64,000 nt of DNA from Massalongia carnosa (taxonomy: Eukaryota). Position 1 is the first letter of the stretch. Each line of letters begins with the position of its first letter. A model generated the notes under the pieces. It was not told the origin of the DNA and did not search any database. It saw nothing but the letters and a program-made list of their open reading frames with translations. The stretch spans positions 682,001-746,000 of the forward strand of contig OZ287075.1 in assembly GCA_965645245.1 (NCBI GenBank). Reading direction: 5' to 3'. Below, piece by piece: positions 41,466 to 52,124 of the stretch. Both the position numbers and the translations under genes were made by a program.

Positions 41466-41951
41466 TAGTGGAAGAATTTTACAAACGAAACCCGAAGAAG
41501 CCACGATGAACGCCTGCACGCTAATCGAATTGATCATCCAATCTGTCACGTGATGAAACGGACGAACGAAAAAGGAACAGCTCGACAATAAAACCCCGGA
41601 GATAACGCGGATTTTATCGCGGTCAGGTGACTCGCGATCTAAAGCGGGGGGTAGTGTCACGATTCTACTCGGCACGACCTCGGCACTCGGATGAATTCGG
41701 CACCGCCTAGGGCAAACCGTAGATGGAACGCGCAGGAACTTTCGATTTAGTTCCCGCACCTTCGATTTTGTTCTAGCAGTCACGAGAAGATTCCATCGCG
41801 ACTATACCACATGGGTATTAGCGCAATAGTGGATATATAGGGGAAGGTTCGGGTTGTCAATTGTCTTTTTCCTTCCTTATCTTTATTGTATTCGTTTCTA
41901 GTGTCCCTATGACTTGCCTCTAGGTAGATCATAATAGTCATAATAAATATA

Positions 41952-44568
41952 GGGAACGGATAACAGGACACCACTTTGGTTTGATAAACACCACCTCCGG
42001 TTAGGTAAACACCGCTAGCCCAGGTAGGGTAGATTCCTCGGCCCCGCCCGCCTCTTCCCCTTCTAGGTCTAGCGGTTGAAACTTCCATATTCTACCTGCA
42101 CCTCATCCTTGCACTCATATTTCACATTTGATCTGCAGGCACCCTGCCGCCGCCACGTCGTCATGCCGCTTCGACCTCCCGAAGAAAGTCAATCCTTTGC
42201 CTGACTAGAGGACCTGTTGCTTAGAGTCAATGAGCATGCCGCCCCCGAAGGCTACGCCGTGGTGCTCCTTCGAACCAAGAAAACCAAGCTGGGAGTGAGA
42301 AATAAAGCTTGGTTAAAATGCGACCGAGGTGGAAAAGTCAGAGAACCGCAGGGTTAGGATCGTCGGCACACCAGCAGTCGACTAATTGCTTGTCCATTTG
42401 CCCTGACAGCTAAAATAGACGACGAGGTGTGGTTTTTGGAGGTGGTAAATGGGACATATAATCATCCGTCCAGTCTTGCTGGCTCTCATCCTGCCCTGAG
42501 AAAAATCGCTCTGACCGGTGTAAAGGATGACGTTACCAGACAGTTAACAGTACAAACGTCGGCGTCAAATGTTTGTCTAGTCTACGTGTTCCCGATGTGA
42601 ATGCAGATTTCAGTCCTTATGATCCCAATGCCGAGATAATTGTGAATCCGATGTTTAAACCTCGGGACATCTACAACTTAAAGGCGCAGATGAGACGTGA
42701 TGTCTTGGGACCATTGACTCCTATTCAGGCATTGATTCGTGAGTTTGATGAAAAGGATTGGGTGTACAACTTTCAACAAGACATTCATCAGCAGATTACG
42801 CATCTCTTCTTTATCAAGGGCAGTTCCCAAACTCTTCTGATAGATAATCATGAAGTTCTCATTATGGATTGCACGTACAAGACCAATCGATACAAAATGC
42901 CTCTTCTCGTCATCAGCGGACAAACCGCGCTACATACTACCTTTTATGTCGCCTTTTGCTTTCTGATCACGGAGACAGCAGTGGACTACATCTGGGCTTT
43001 ACAGCAATTGAAGGAGGTGTATTCTCGATTGGAATTTCCTGATTCGATTATTCTCGTGTCCGACATGGAGAAAGGATTAATATTGGCATCTTCTATAGTC
43101 TTTCCAAATATCAATCATTTGTTATGCATCTGGCACATCAATCAGAATGTGTTGACAAAGTGCAAAAAATCTTTCTACAATGAGGAATGGAAGATCTTTT
43201 TGTCAAATTGGAAATCTGTGATCTATGCAGCAACCAAGCCTCAATTTTGGAACCTATGGGAGCAGTTTTCTGCTACCTATATGACTTCTCATGAAGATTA
43301 TATTCGATATTTGAAGTCCACCTACATTGATAATTATCACGATCGCTTCGTGGCATGCTACACCAAAAAGGTGCTGCATTTTGAGACAACGGTAACGTCG
43401 CGAGAGGAAGGCGCACATGCAGTATTAAAACGTCAATTAGGATCATCGACCGGAGATTTGAAGCTGGTAGTTGACGGCATTAATCTGCTACTAACAAATC
43501 AGTATCCAGATCATCTGATTGCTTTTGAAGAAGCCGGAACACGTTTTCCACTTCATCTTCGCAAAGTTATTTTTCAGCAACTGAGAGCATTTATCAGTCC
43601 ATATGCCCAGAAAAAGATTCTACACCAATACGAGTTATTAACAGGATGACCGACTGTTATTCCAGCTTGTACCAACCTCTTCACTACCATCACCGGCTTG
43701 CCTTGTAGTCATCTGATTCAGCAACGATTATTCGAGAATGAAAGAAGCCTGAAATTGGAAGATGTGCACCCGCATTGGAAGTAGGTTATTGTCATCTGAT
43801 CGATAGTCAGCAATCAGCTACTAACAACATTTCAAGGTTGGAAAAGCGCGCCCCTCCGATTTCTTTGATTAATCCTCTTCTTCTAGTGAGGGAACCGGAG
43901 ATAGCCCGACCTCGTGGTCGCCCTCAGGGAGCGGAAAACAGACGAGCGGAGGCATTTGACAATTCCACTCATCGATTACCATCTCAATTCGAACGGGTTG
44001 AAATGGAAACAGCTGATGCAATAGCTCCGGAGGTGGAACGAGCTATTCATCGAGCCAATACTACACCAGGCAGGGTAGGACGTCGGGGGCGAGGGCGAGG
44101 GCGAGGACGAGGGGGAGGGAGAGGAGGGGGAGGGGGGATTGGTAAAAGAGCTGAGACAAACACAAGGACTGGCCGAGATATGGCTAGGGCTAGTCCAGGC
44201 AGAGCTGGTCGAGGAAGGGGAGACGGGATTGGCGGGGATGCAGCAGATAGAATTGGCGGGGATGCAGCGAATACGGCTCCAATCAACTGATTTGCATTAC
44301 TAAGCTTCAAATAAAGGGTGCGATTCATGAAGACAGTGCTAATCGACAAATCCAATGTCTAGTAATCGATGGTTGAAAGCTGAATTGACTTTTTTCTTGA
44401 GTTGTCAATGTTGGGATGTGGACTGCTAGACCTAAAAGGGGAAGAAGGCGGGCGGGGCCGAGGACTCTACCCTACCTGGGCTATCGGTGTTTACCTAACC
44501 GGAGGTGGTATTTATCTAACCGGATGTGGTGTTTATCTAACTAAAGTGGTGTCCTGTTATCCGTTCCC
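41952..44568 (+). mobile_element. Mutator-like element (MULE) with about 120-bp TIRs; transposase pseudogene about 42163-44290
   Basis: TIR GGGAACGGATAACAGGACACCACTTT, 8-bp TSD TAAATATA; motifs IMDCTYKTNRYKMPL, VSDMEKGL, LLCIWHINQN, TSREEGAHAVLK; RGG-rich C-terminus. Confidence 0.93.
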
Positions 44569-44763
44569 TAAATATATTGTTTGAGTTTTCGGCGTCTTTT
44601 AAATCGATTCAGTCAGTTATTGCTTTAATTTGAAGTCAAAATAAATCTTCATACTAAGGCAATTTGTTTTACAATTCGATGATATTGATTCGTAAAACTT
44701 CAGCATTAATAAAAAGATTGATTTATTTATATTGTTGCTTTTATTCGAATAAAGCATCTTTTA

Positions 44764-45782
44764 TGTAATACGGATAGCGCTAGAAGGATACGTGATCGCC
44801 TACGGCGTTTGCGGGATTAACCAGCATGAGCCATGCCGTAGTACTTAGTCGCACAGCCGTCGAGGTTGACACGACGCTACCTTGCCACACAACTCCGAAT
44901 CCTACGTTCTAGACTGCTTACAGATCAAACACCTGTCGAGGCCGTGGTGGTAGATTGCCATAGAGTAAGGCGAACTCCTGTGGAGAACCCTTGAACTCTA
45001 AATAGGATCTACTGGCCTACTCGGAGCTACTCGATCTCTTGATGGATCAAGAGTTGTAGCAGGAGGCACAGCTAGCTGGACGCAGCTTGAGCTCGGCCTC
45101 CCCGGTGTAAACTTCAGCTTCAACCTTTGTTGCTACGTTGGTAGTGATGTCGGCTAAATCAACCTACATAACCTTATTGTCTAGACCTTGTGTCTAGGGG
45201 CAGGTCCGCAGTGTAGATAGAGATTCAGTCGGAGGTAACCTTCCATCGCTACGTTGGTAGTGGTGACGGCAAAATGAAGCTACATAGCCTCGGCGTCTAG
45301 ACTTTATTTTTAGAGGCAGGCTAGCAATGTAGTGAGGGATCTAGCCGGAGGTAGAAGTGTTCTGCCTTGCAAGGGAAGGTCTAGAAGGCTGCTCGAGGCT
45401 GACTAGATGATCCAGTGAACGCCGAGTTCGTAGATGGATCCTGAGGGATGGTTAGATGTAAGGCGATAAGGTCAGAAGTGGGTTGCAAGGCTCCTAAGGT
45501 TCCAAGGCTCCCAAGGCTATAGGCTTGGGGTGAGTAGGATAAATACCAGAACGAATCCTGTAGTATTCGTTAGCAATTAGTTTTTATTCTATGAACAACC
45601 TACGTTTGGGTCTCGGACGAGATCTCTTGGTCTAAGCACTTCCACATCCATTAGTTCTTTAGATTACATAAACTCTCGGAGACCAGCACGTAGTAGCTAT
45701 CTTCCCCCTCTCACGCTGAACATTTCCCCTTTCGAGATCAGCGTCGCTCGTGATTAGCTTACTGGTCTCGTAGCCCATTACA
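44764..45782. mobile_element. Solo LTR, family A, second copy (1019 bp)
   Basis: TGTAAT...ATTACA termini, TSD TTTTA, aligns with 16578-17552. Confidence 0.92.
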
Positions 45783-45830
45783 TTTTAACATAAGTCATTT
45801 AAGAGTAATCTTTCGTTTGATTGAGCTCGC

Positions 45831-46401
45831 TGTGACGAAGCGAGATAGTAAATAGATTTCTACCATTGCGCCACCTGTCCTTCCCGACCAAAAGGCACAA
45901 TACTTAATCCGCAGACCAAGCTCTATTCTACTATAACTGGGACTCTTGCTATGTTCGCTGTAGGTCCTGCCGTCCGCACCACGCTTGGTCGAACCGTTAC
46001 ACTACCGCCCGTCTAGCTGCGGCTAGCCCCTAGCCGCTTCCAGTTATAGTTAGCTCCGAAGAATGGGCTCTTCTTAGCGTACGGCCCTCGCCGATCCGAC
46101 TTAGAGAGTTTTCATCCAACGCTTTCCCGTTTCGTCCTAGCTTCAGTCCGTCGAAGCAAGACGAAAAAGCGAGGAACTCAGGTCAGGAATCGAACTCACG
46201 ACTAGTACACCGATTGATGACTAAGTATTCTGTGACGAAGCGAGATAGTGAATAGATTTCTACCATTGCGCCATCTGTCCTTCCCAACCAAAAGGCACAA
46301 TACTTAGTCCGCAGACCAAGCTCTATTCTACTATAAATGGGACTCTTGCTATATTCGCTGTAGGTCCTGCCGTCCGCACCACGCTTGGTCGAACCGTTAC
46401 A
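45831..46401 (-). mobile_element. Complete 571-bp TRIM (171-bp LTRs 45831-46001 and 46231-46401; 229-bp non-coding internal region)
   Basis: TG..CA termini and TSD CTCGC/CTCGT. On the minus strand the PBS AATACTTAGTC follows the 5' LTR and purine-rich AGACGGGCGGTAG precedes the 3' LTR. No ORF. Confidence 0.93.
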
Positions 46402-46763
46402 CTCGTCTTATTTTTATCATTTTGATAAGCATATTTGAAAATAAGACTCTCGCTGATAGATGTACTCTCAGGCACTTAATTATACTCTCTTTTATATCAC
46501 ACGCGACAGTTATTCTAAGTCACTTTATTTGTTGAATCATCATTGTATCTGTCCCGAAGAGCTTTTCGCTAAAAATATTCGTGATTTCACGATAAGTTTT
46601 TTTTCGAGAAGGAGAAATTGACAAAGATATGAAGGCATGTCATTCTCGAGACATATTTATAGCAGAATCGTAGCAAATATACGACAGCTTTATCACTACG
46701 CTATAACAAACGTTATCAAAAAGTTGAAAATATTTTTCGTTATATCGTTATGAAGGGTTTTTC

Positions 46764-49171
46764 ACCCAGATGGGCGCCAGACGAGGAAGATCAACCGAAT
46801 CTGCACTAGAATTGTTGACTGAACAAATTCATACAGTATGGGGCCAAGGCACAGACAAAGTAGCCACATTATTGAGCATGGACGTAGCAGGAGCCTATGA
46901 TATAGTGACACATCGAAGACTGATTCATAATCTTCGCAAAAGGAAAATCCCGAAATAGGTCACTGACTGTGAAACGGGGAGACCTTCTCCCAGCAGGCAT
47001 TCACTACTGGAAGATGGGATCCACAGGGGCTACAAAACGTGATAGTCACAATAGAGGTACAAAATTGGTAGGGTCGGGTCAAAGGGTAGACTAAATGTTA
47101 CCCTTTTGAAGTGCTTGATCATTGATCTATATAGGATAGGACAATCCACAACCTAAGCTCTTTTTCTATACCTTGCCCATACTACCTGGTATTTTCGGAC
47201 TCCGAAATACTTCGGATACCGAAACACTCGGGTAGATAAGACTAGGCAGGCGAGCTAGGGGAGGTGAGGCGAGGCGAGGGGATACTTCGTGTACTACGAA
47301 AATACCTCTATAATAAGTTAAGTCCCCACACTATGCCTAACTGGGTTAGGCGGGACCTTATTGTCTTGGTGGTTGTTTTGGCTGTACATATCCCACATAG
47401 CCACATAGGCCAGTCTTACGTTCAACGAACGCATACTAGGCCTACCCTATTACAGACTGGGTGAACAGTTTTCTGAATGAAAGAAGCACTACCCTGGCGA
47501 TTCACAGCCGAGTCACGGGCATATTCGATGTAAAAACCGGAATCCCACAAGGCTCCCCCATTTCTCCTATTCTTTATCTGTTCTACAATGCAGACCAACT
47601 AGACATATGTGAAAGACCAGGCAGCAACACGAGTACTCTAGGCTTCGTAGATGACATCAATGTGCTAGTATACGGAAAAGGCACCGAAGAAAATTGCAAG
47701 ACGCTAGAAGTAATTCACAAAAAATGTAAAAAATGGGCAAGTCAACATGGTTCAGTCTTCGCTCCGAAGAAATACGAATTTATATATCTGTCAAGAAATC
47801 CGAAGAAACTTAACATGTTCACTGTTATTCAAATAGAAAATAACATCATAAAACCAAAGACAGACATCAGAATTCTAGGACTTCAAATCGATTCAAAATT
47901 GAAATTGGGTGCTCATACAAGGAAAATCAAGGAAAAAATGACAAAACAATCCAGGGCATTGACAAAAATATCCACCTCCACATGGGGCGCTACTCTTCTA
48001 AAGGCACACTAGGTTTACACCGCCGTAGTCAGGCCGGCCATGACGTACTGCTCCACCATTTAGCACATGCCAAAAGAAATTCAAAAATCAAACGTCATCT
48101 CAAACAAACTGGCTGTCATATAAAACAAATATCTAAGAAACATAGCTGGAGCCTTCAAAGCAACGCCTATAGCTGTACTAGAAGCAGAGACATTTATAGC
48201 CTCAATTGAGTTATATTTAGATCAACTACAGGCCAAGACCAGACAATGCCTGTGTCGAAATGGTAAAAAGAGTTTCATCACAAATACATGAAACAAAATA
48301 GCCAATAAACTTCGAGGTCGGGCAGAACGCAAGAGGGCCCCAGTCATCACTCCAGGGACGCTGAAATACGCCTGGGCTAAGAGAATTACATCGGAGGCAC
48401 ATAACCCTCCAACACCGACACCAAATCTACCATGGGCCGAATCCCCCCCGAATCTCACCCGAGAAATAGAGGAGGCACGCGCCGCTCATAACAAAATAAC
48501 TGCTTAAATAAAAAACGACACACAGTTGCATGGCAGGCCTCGTGTAGATCATATCAGGAACGCACACCCGTTCCCACTCGGCACAATCAGGTTCACTCTC
48601 CAAAAAACGCATCAAATTGCACGAAACTCTAGCCAAAGGGGAGAGCGCGCTAGCAATTCAGATACGCTAAGAAAAGATAGGCCTAGCCGCCTTCCTATAT
48701 AGACACCGAGTCCCAGACGTCTCGTCTCCAAACTGCTCATGTGGCTAGCATAAACAGACTGCAAAACATGTGACCATGTTTTGCAAACTCAACGACAACA
48801 GAAAAACTCTGCTAAATACGATAGGTACAAACAACTATCGATTAATCACTGGGTCATCTAAAGCAATAAAATTAGTCACAAAGTAGCTAATAAAGAAAGG
48901 TTTGCTGTCATAATTTTCGCTGACAGCACAGCATCCATACTGCTAACAGTAGGCATGCTTTGTTTCATTTTTCATACTTGTCTTAGGTCAAAGGTTTTTT
49001 CATGGAGCACACGGCTGGGACCCGGAGGGTCCTCGGCCGGACACAGGATTGGATTCTTTTTCTTCCTCAAAAGGTTTTCCATGTACTATAAAACTAGATA
49101 GACTCGCCCCGCATGGGCCGGCCTTCGGCCGGTACCACATCGGAATAAGAATTATTATCATCATCATCATC
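46764..49171 (+). mobile_element. 5'-truncated Tad1-like LINE (RT pseudogene) with (ATC)n tail
   Basis: 14-bp TSD ATGAAGGGTTTTTC (46750-63, 49172-85); motifs LSMDVAGAYD, GIPQGSPISPILYLFY, GFVDDI and a C-terminal Cys/His motif; many stops. Confidence 0.92.
46970..47454. mobile_element. Solo LTR, family C (485 bp), inserted in the LINE RT
   Basis: TGAAACGGGG...CCCTATTACA termini and TSD GACTG; removing it restores VTDWVNSFL. Confidence 0.85.
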
Positions 49172-51182
49172 ATGAAGGGTTTTTCGTTATAACGAGGTTT
49201 TTATCATGAAACTATAAAAAACCCGAGAAAGAACTTCGTTATGCTGAGGTTTTCGTTATAAGGAACTTTTCTATTGCGGGGTTCGACTGTATTACCAGCT
49301 CGAAGGCCTCGTCGAACTCGATCATATCATTTTTTTCGATCTTCACTGATATAAAGACGAACTCTACTTTCTGCTTTAGAGGAACCTTCGCGATACTGAT
49401 TTCCACCCTTTAAAGCTATAACCTGTTGAATATAACAAGGTATGTACTCAAACCAGTGCTGAATACGTTTCTTAGTCAATGTCTTTTTCTAGCACCGTGT
49501 CCAGACCTTCTCTATAATAATTCTATTCGTCGGACAGCCCCTTCGGGTAGTTTGTCGCTTTATCTAGGCCCAACAAGTCTTGATTATATTGAGATCAGGA
49601 GATTTTCCGGGCCAAATCAAGCGTATAACTCCTGCATTTATTAATATCTAATCCTGATGCTTACAAGCATAACGTAATTGCTACTTATTCGGGCAAGCCA
49701 CCTACTCGGGCCGCGCCATTCAAATCTAATGGGTATCTAATTCTTTTCTATTATTATTTATCACCACCATCCAATCATATTTAAATAAATTCAAAATTAG
49801 ATATATCAGATTCTAATACTCGTTTAGAATTAGCTATTAAATATTTGCGAGAAAAACCTAATGTATCATAACGAGAAATCGCCCGTATTTATAATATTCC
49901 TCGATCGACGCCTCAAGCTCGTTTACGGGATAGACAACCTGCAAAATCCTATTATCAAACTATACAAAGTGTTGAATATTCAACTCCTACCAGTACAGTG
50001 AACACCTACCAGTTCAATGAACATAGCACCTACGACTGCCCAAGATGGACAGAGCACCTACAGAAACCGTAGATGCCGTATTAGGCTTAGCCTAGAGATT
50101 AGATAAGATCAGCTCAGATAATCTTATCACCTCGCTTAGCAGAGGGTGACCAGTTATGGGACAAAGACTGCTGAACAGCACTCTTCATCCTTAACATCAC
50201 GGTCATACATACCATTTTTATCATAGCCATATAGCCATAGTCATATACCTATTTCAACAGGTTATGAGCCCGGAAGGGCGCTATCGATTCAGTCACGAAT
50301 CGAATTGCTCATCCGCAGCACTACAGTGCATAATAGCTAAGCATCATCGTTTACAAAAAAAAAACCCCTTAGATGCAATACTAAAAAATTTCTTTGCGTA
50401 CTTAGAATTTACCTCACCACGATTATCTATCGTGAACTACGCACACGCATCATTACACGAAATTCAAATGCACAATACCTACAAAGACCTTGGACACCAG
50501 ACAGGCCGTTAGCCCAAAGGCCCAAGGCAATCTCAACAAACCTTTGAATAGCGTGTATGCCTGGAGATTAGAAGGAACGATGAACCTCTAAAGACCAAAG
50601 GATACCACTATGTCAACTAGGTTCAGGGAGCAGGAAGAGATACAGACCCATCTTGGAAAAGTAGTCCTTCCTTGCCAAAAGAGATTTCTTGAACGCCACA
50701 GAAGGGAAAACATGGGAGTAGTGAAAGTGGAAGAACCCTGTTTCATTTAACAGGCCCTGTGCCTGTTAAATGAAAACGGTATATCCCTGTTCAGACTCTG
50801 TTTTTCCTTGTCGTCAAGTGATAGATAAAAGTTCACTAGGATACAAGCCGATGATAGGTCAAAGTTCATCAGGTTACAATCAAGCCACCAAGTGATAGGT
50901 AAAAGTTCACTAGGATACAAGCCGATGATAGATCAAAGTTCATCAGACTACAATCAAGCCACCAAGTGTTAGACAAATTTTCACTAGGATATGGGCTTGG
51001 AGCAAATATTGCTAGGACAATGAGGTGCATGATGATAAGTAAAAGGAATGCTGCTTGTTTTTCTCATAAGGAGAAGTCAACACATCATCCTCCTACTTTA
51101 TCCCTCACACATTGTATTATAGAACTCTAAGATATAAAAATCAAGTTCTTCATTCACAAGCTTTCTACTCTTCATTCACAAG

Positions 51183-52124
51183 ATGTCTAGTTCTACTCAA
51201 GACGTGATTCAGTTGTTAGAAAAAGCGGAAGATTATCCACAATGGGTTGTGCACACCGAGGGCATTCTGAAGCAAAAGAATTGTATCTTTGCTATTCAAG
51301 ATAACATTGCCGCTATCACGTATCAGACAGTCAAGCGCAAGTACTTGGAGATGGGCTTCACCGAGGCGAATCTCAAGGATGAACAAATCTTTACCAAAGT
51401 CGGAGCTGACGTTGAAAAGCAGAGCCTTCTCATGCTCAAGGCCGAAGGAATCATTCAAATGCGTGTCGCCCCACAGCATCACACTCTGATATCAACCCGC
51501 ACAGCTGGCGATATGTGGAGAATCTTGAAGATCAAGTTTCAGGACATCGCACCCATGAGCATCACCGACATTCTCTACAACATGAACTCCAAGAAGATGA
51601 CGAATTATGAGAATGTCACTCAATACTGCGCTGAGTATGAAAAAGCATTGAACTCCATAAAAGGCATGATAGATGAGGACTCGGAACTGAACGCAAAGGG
51701 AGCAGAACAAGTCCTTCAAGGATACTTGTTACGAAACGTCATCGAGGACTATCTACCCCTTATAGCTCAACTTCGTCGGGATTGGATTACTGGCAGATCG
51801 AACCTCACGACTGCATGCAGATCAATCACCGCTTACTCCATCAGCAGGCCAGAGAGGAAGGCACTCCACATCAATGCTTCCAGAACTGGCGTTGCCGGAA
51901 ACAACGGAAAAGCACCACCAGGAACTTGCACCTTTCCAGAATGTGTCCGAAGAGGGCGGACTTCCCACTTACTAGAGAAATGCTTTCAGAAATACCCAAA
52001 TCTGAGACGTCAAACATACCCCTTAGAGTCTATGAAGACAAGAGGAACAAGGACCTCTGATTCCAAAACGGAAACGGTCCCGACATCCACCGTATCAACA
52101 GACCTACCAACTGTGAGCAGTTGA
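51183..52124 (+). CDS. gag: Gag of the Copia element
   Basis: 313-aa ORF with variant zinc knuckle CTFPECVRRGRTSHLLEKC; ends in TGA, in frame with pol. Confidence 0.85.
   Translation: MSSSTQDVIQLLEKAEDYPQWVVHTEGILKQKNCIFAIQDNIAAITYQTVKRKYLEMGFTEANLKDEQIFTKVGADVEKQSLLMLKAEGIIQMRVAPQHHTLISTRTAGDMWRILKIKFQDIAPMSITDILYNMNSKKMTNYENVTQYCAEYEKALNSIKGMIDEDSELNAKGAEQVLQGYLLRNVIEDYLPLIAQLRRDWITGRSNLTTACRSITAYSISRPERKALHINASRTGVAGNNGKAPPGTCTFPECVRRGRTSHLLEKCFQKYPNLRRQTYPLESMKTRGTRTSDSKTETVPTSTVSTDLPTVSS

Larger units (their letters stand above)
32981..41936 (+). mobile_element. Ty3/Gypsy chromovirus 3, decayed; LTRs 32981-33262 and 41655-41936
   Basis: TSD GTCAT. gag 33535-34776 (TAG at 33688; CFFCKETGHISRDC). 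pol fragments 34773-38587 with LDTGATG, YLDDILI, integrase and chromodomain, carrying stops and frameshifts; its last codons resume at 41468. PPT AAAGCGGGGGGTAG. Confidence 0.95.
30343..49289 (-). mobile_element. Old, AT-rich pogo/Tigger-type (DDE_1) DNA transposon of about 2.1 kb, broken into seven pieces by nested insertions
   Basis: Inverted ends CA(T/G)TCGAACCCCGC flanked by TA (30341-42, 49290-91). Remnants on the minus strand include NQGIIQN (QPLDQGII motif, about 32310-32335) and ORF 30596-30823. Confidence 0.75.

Noticed and set aside
46100..46160. Hammerhead ribozyme (retrozyme) in the TRIM, suggested by CTGAAG...GACGAAAC on the minus strand
   Set aside because: No CUGANGA core with a stem II; these bases are better explained as one arm of a simple hairpin.
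46170..46285. Functional tRNA gene
   Set aside because: A and B boxes are present but the D stem, T stem and anticodon arm do not pair; reported as a promoter-like relic only.
49424..49650. Possible degenerate solo LTR starting TGTTGAATA
   Set aside because: No convincing CA end or TSD could be established.
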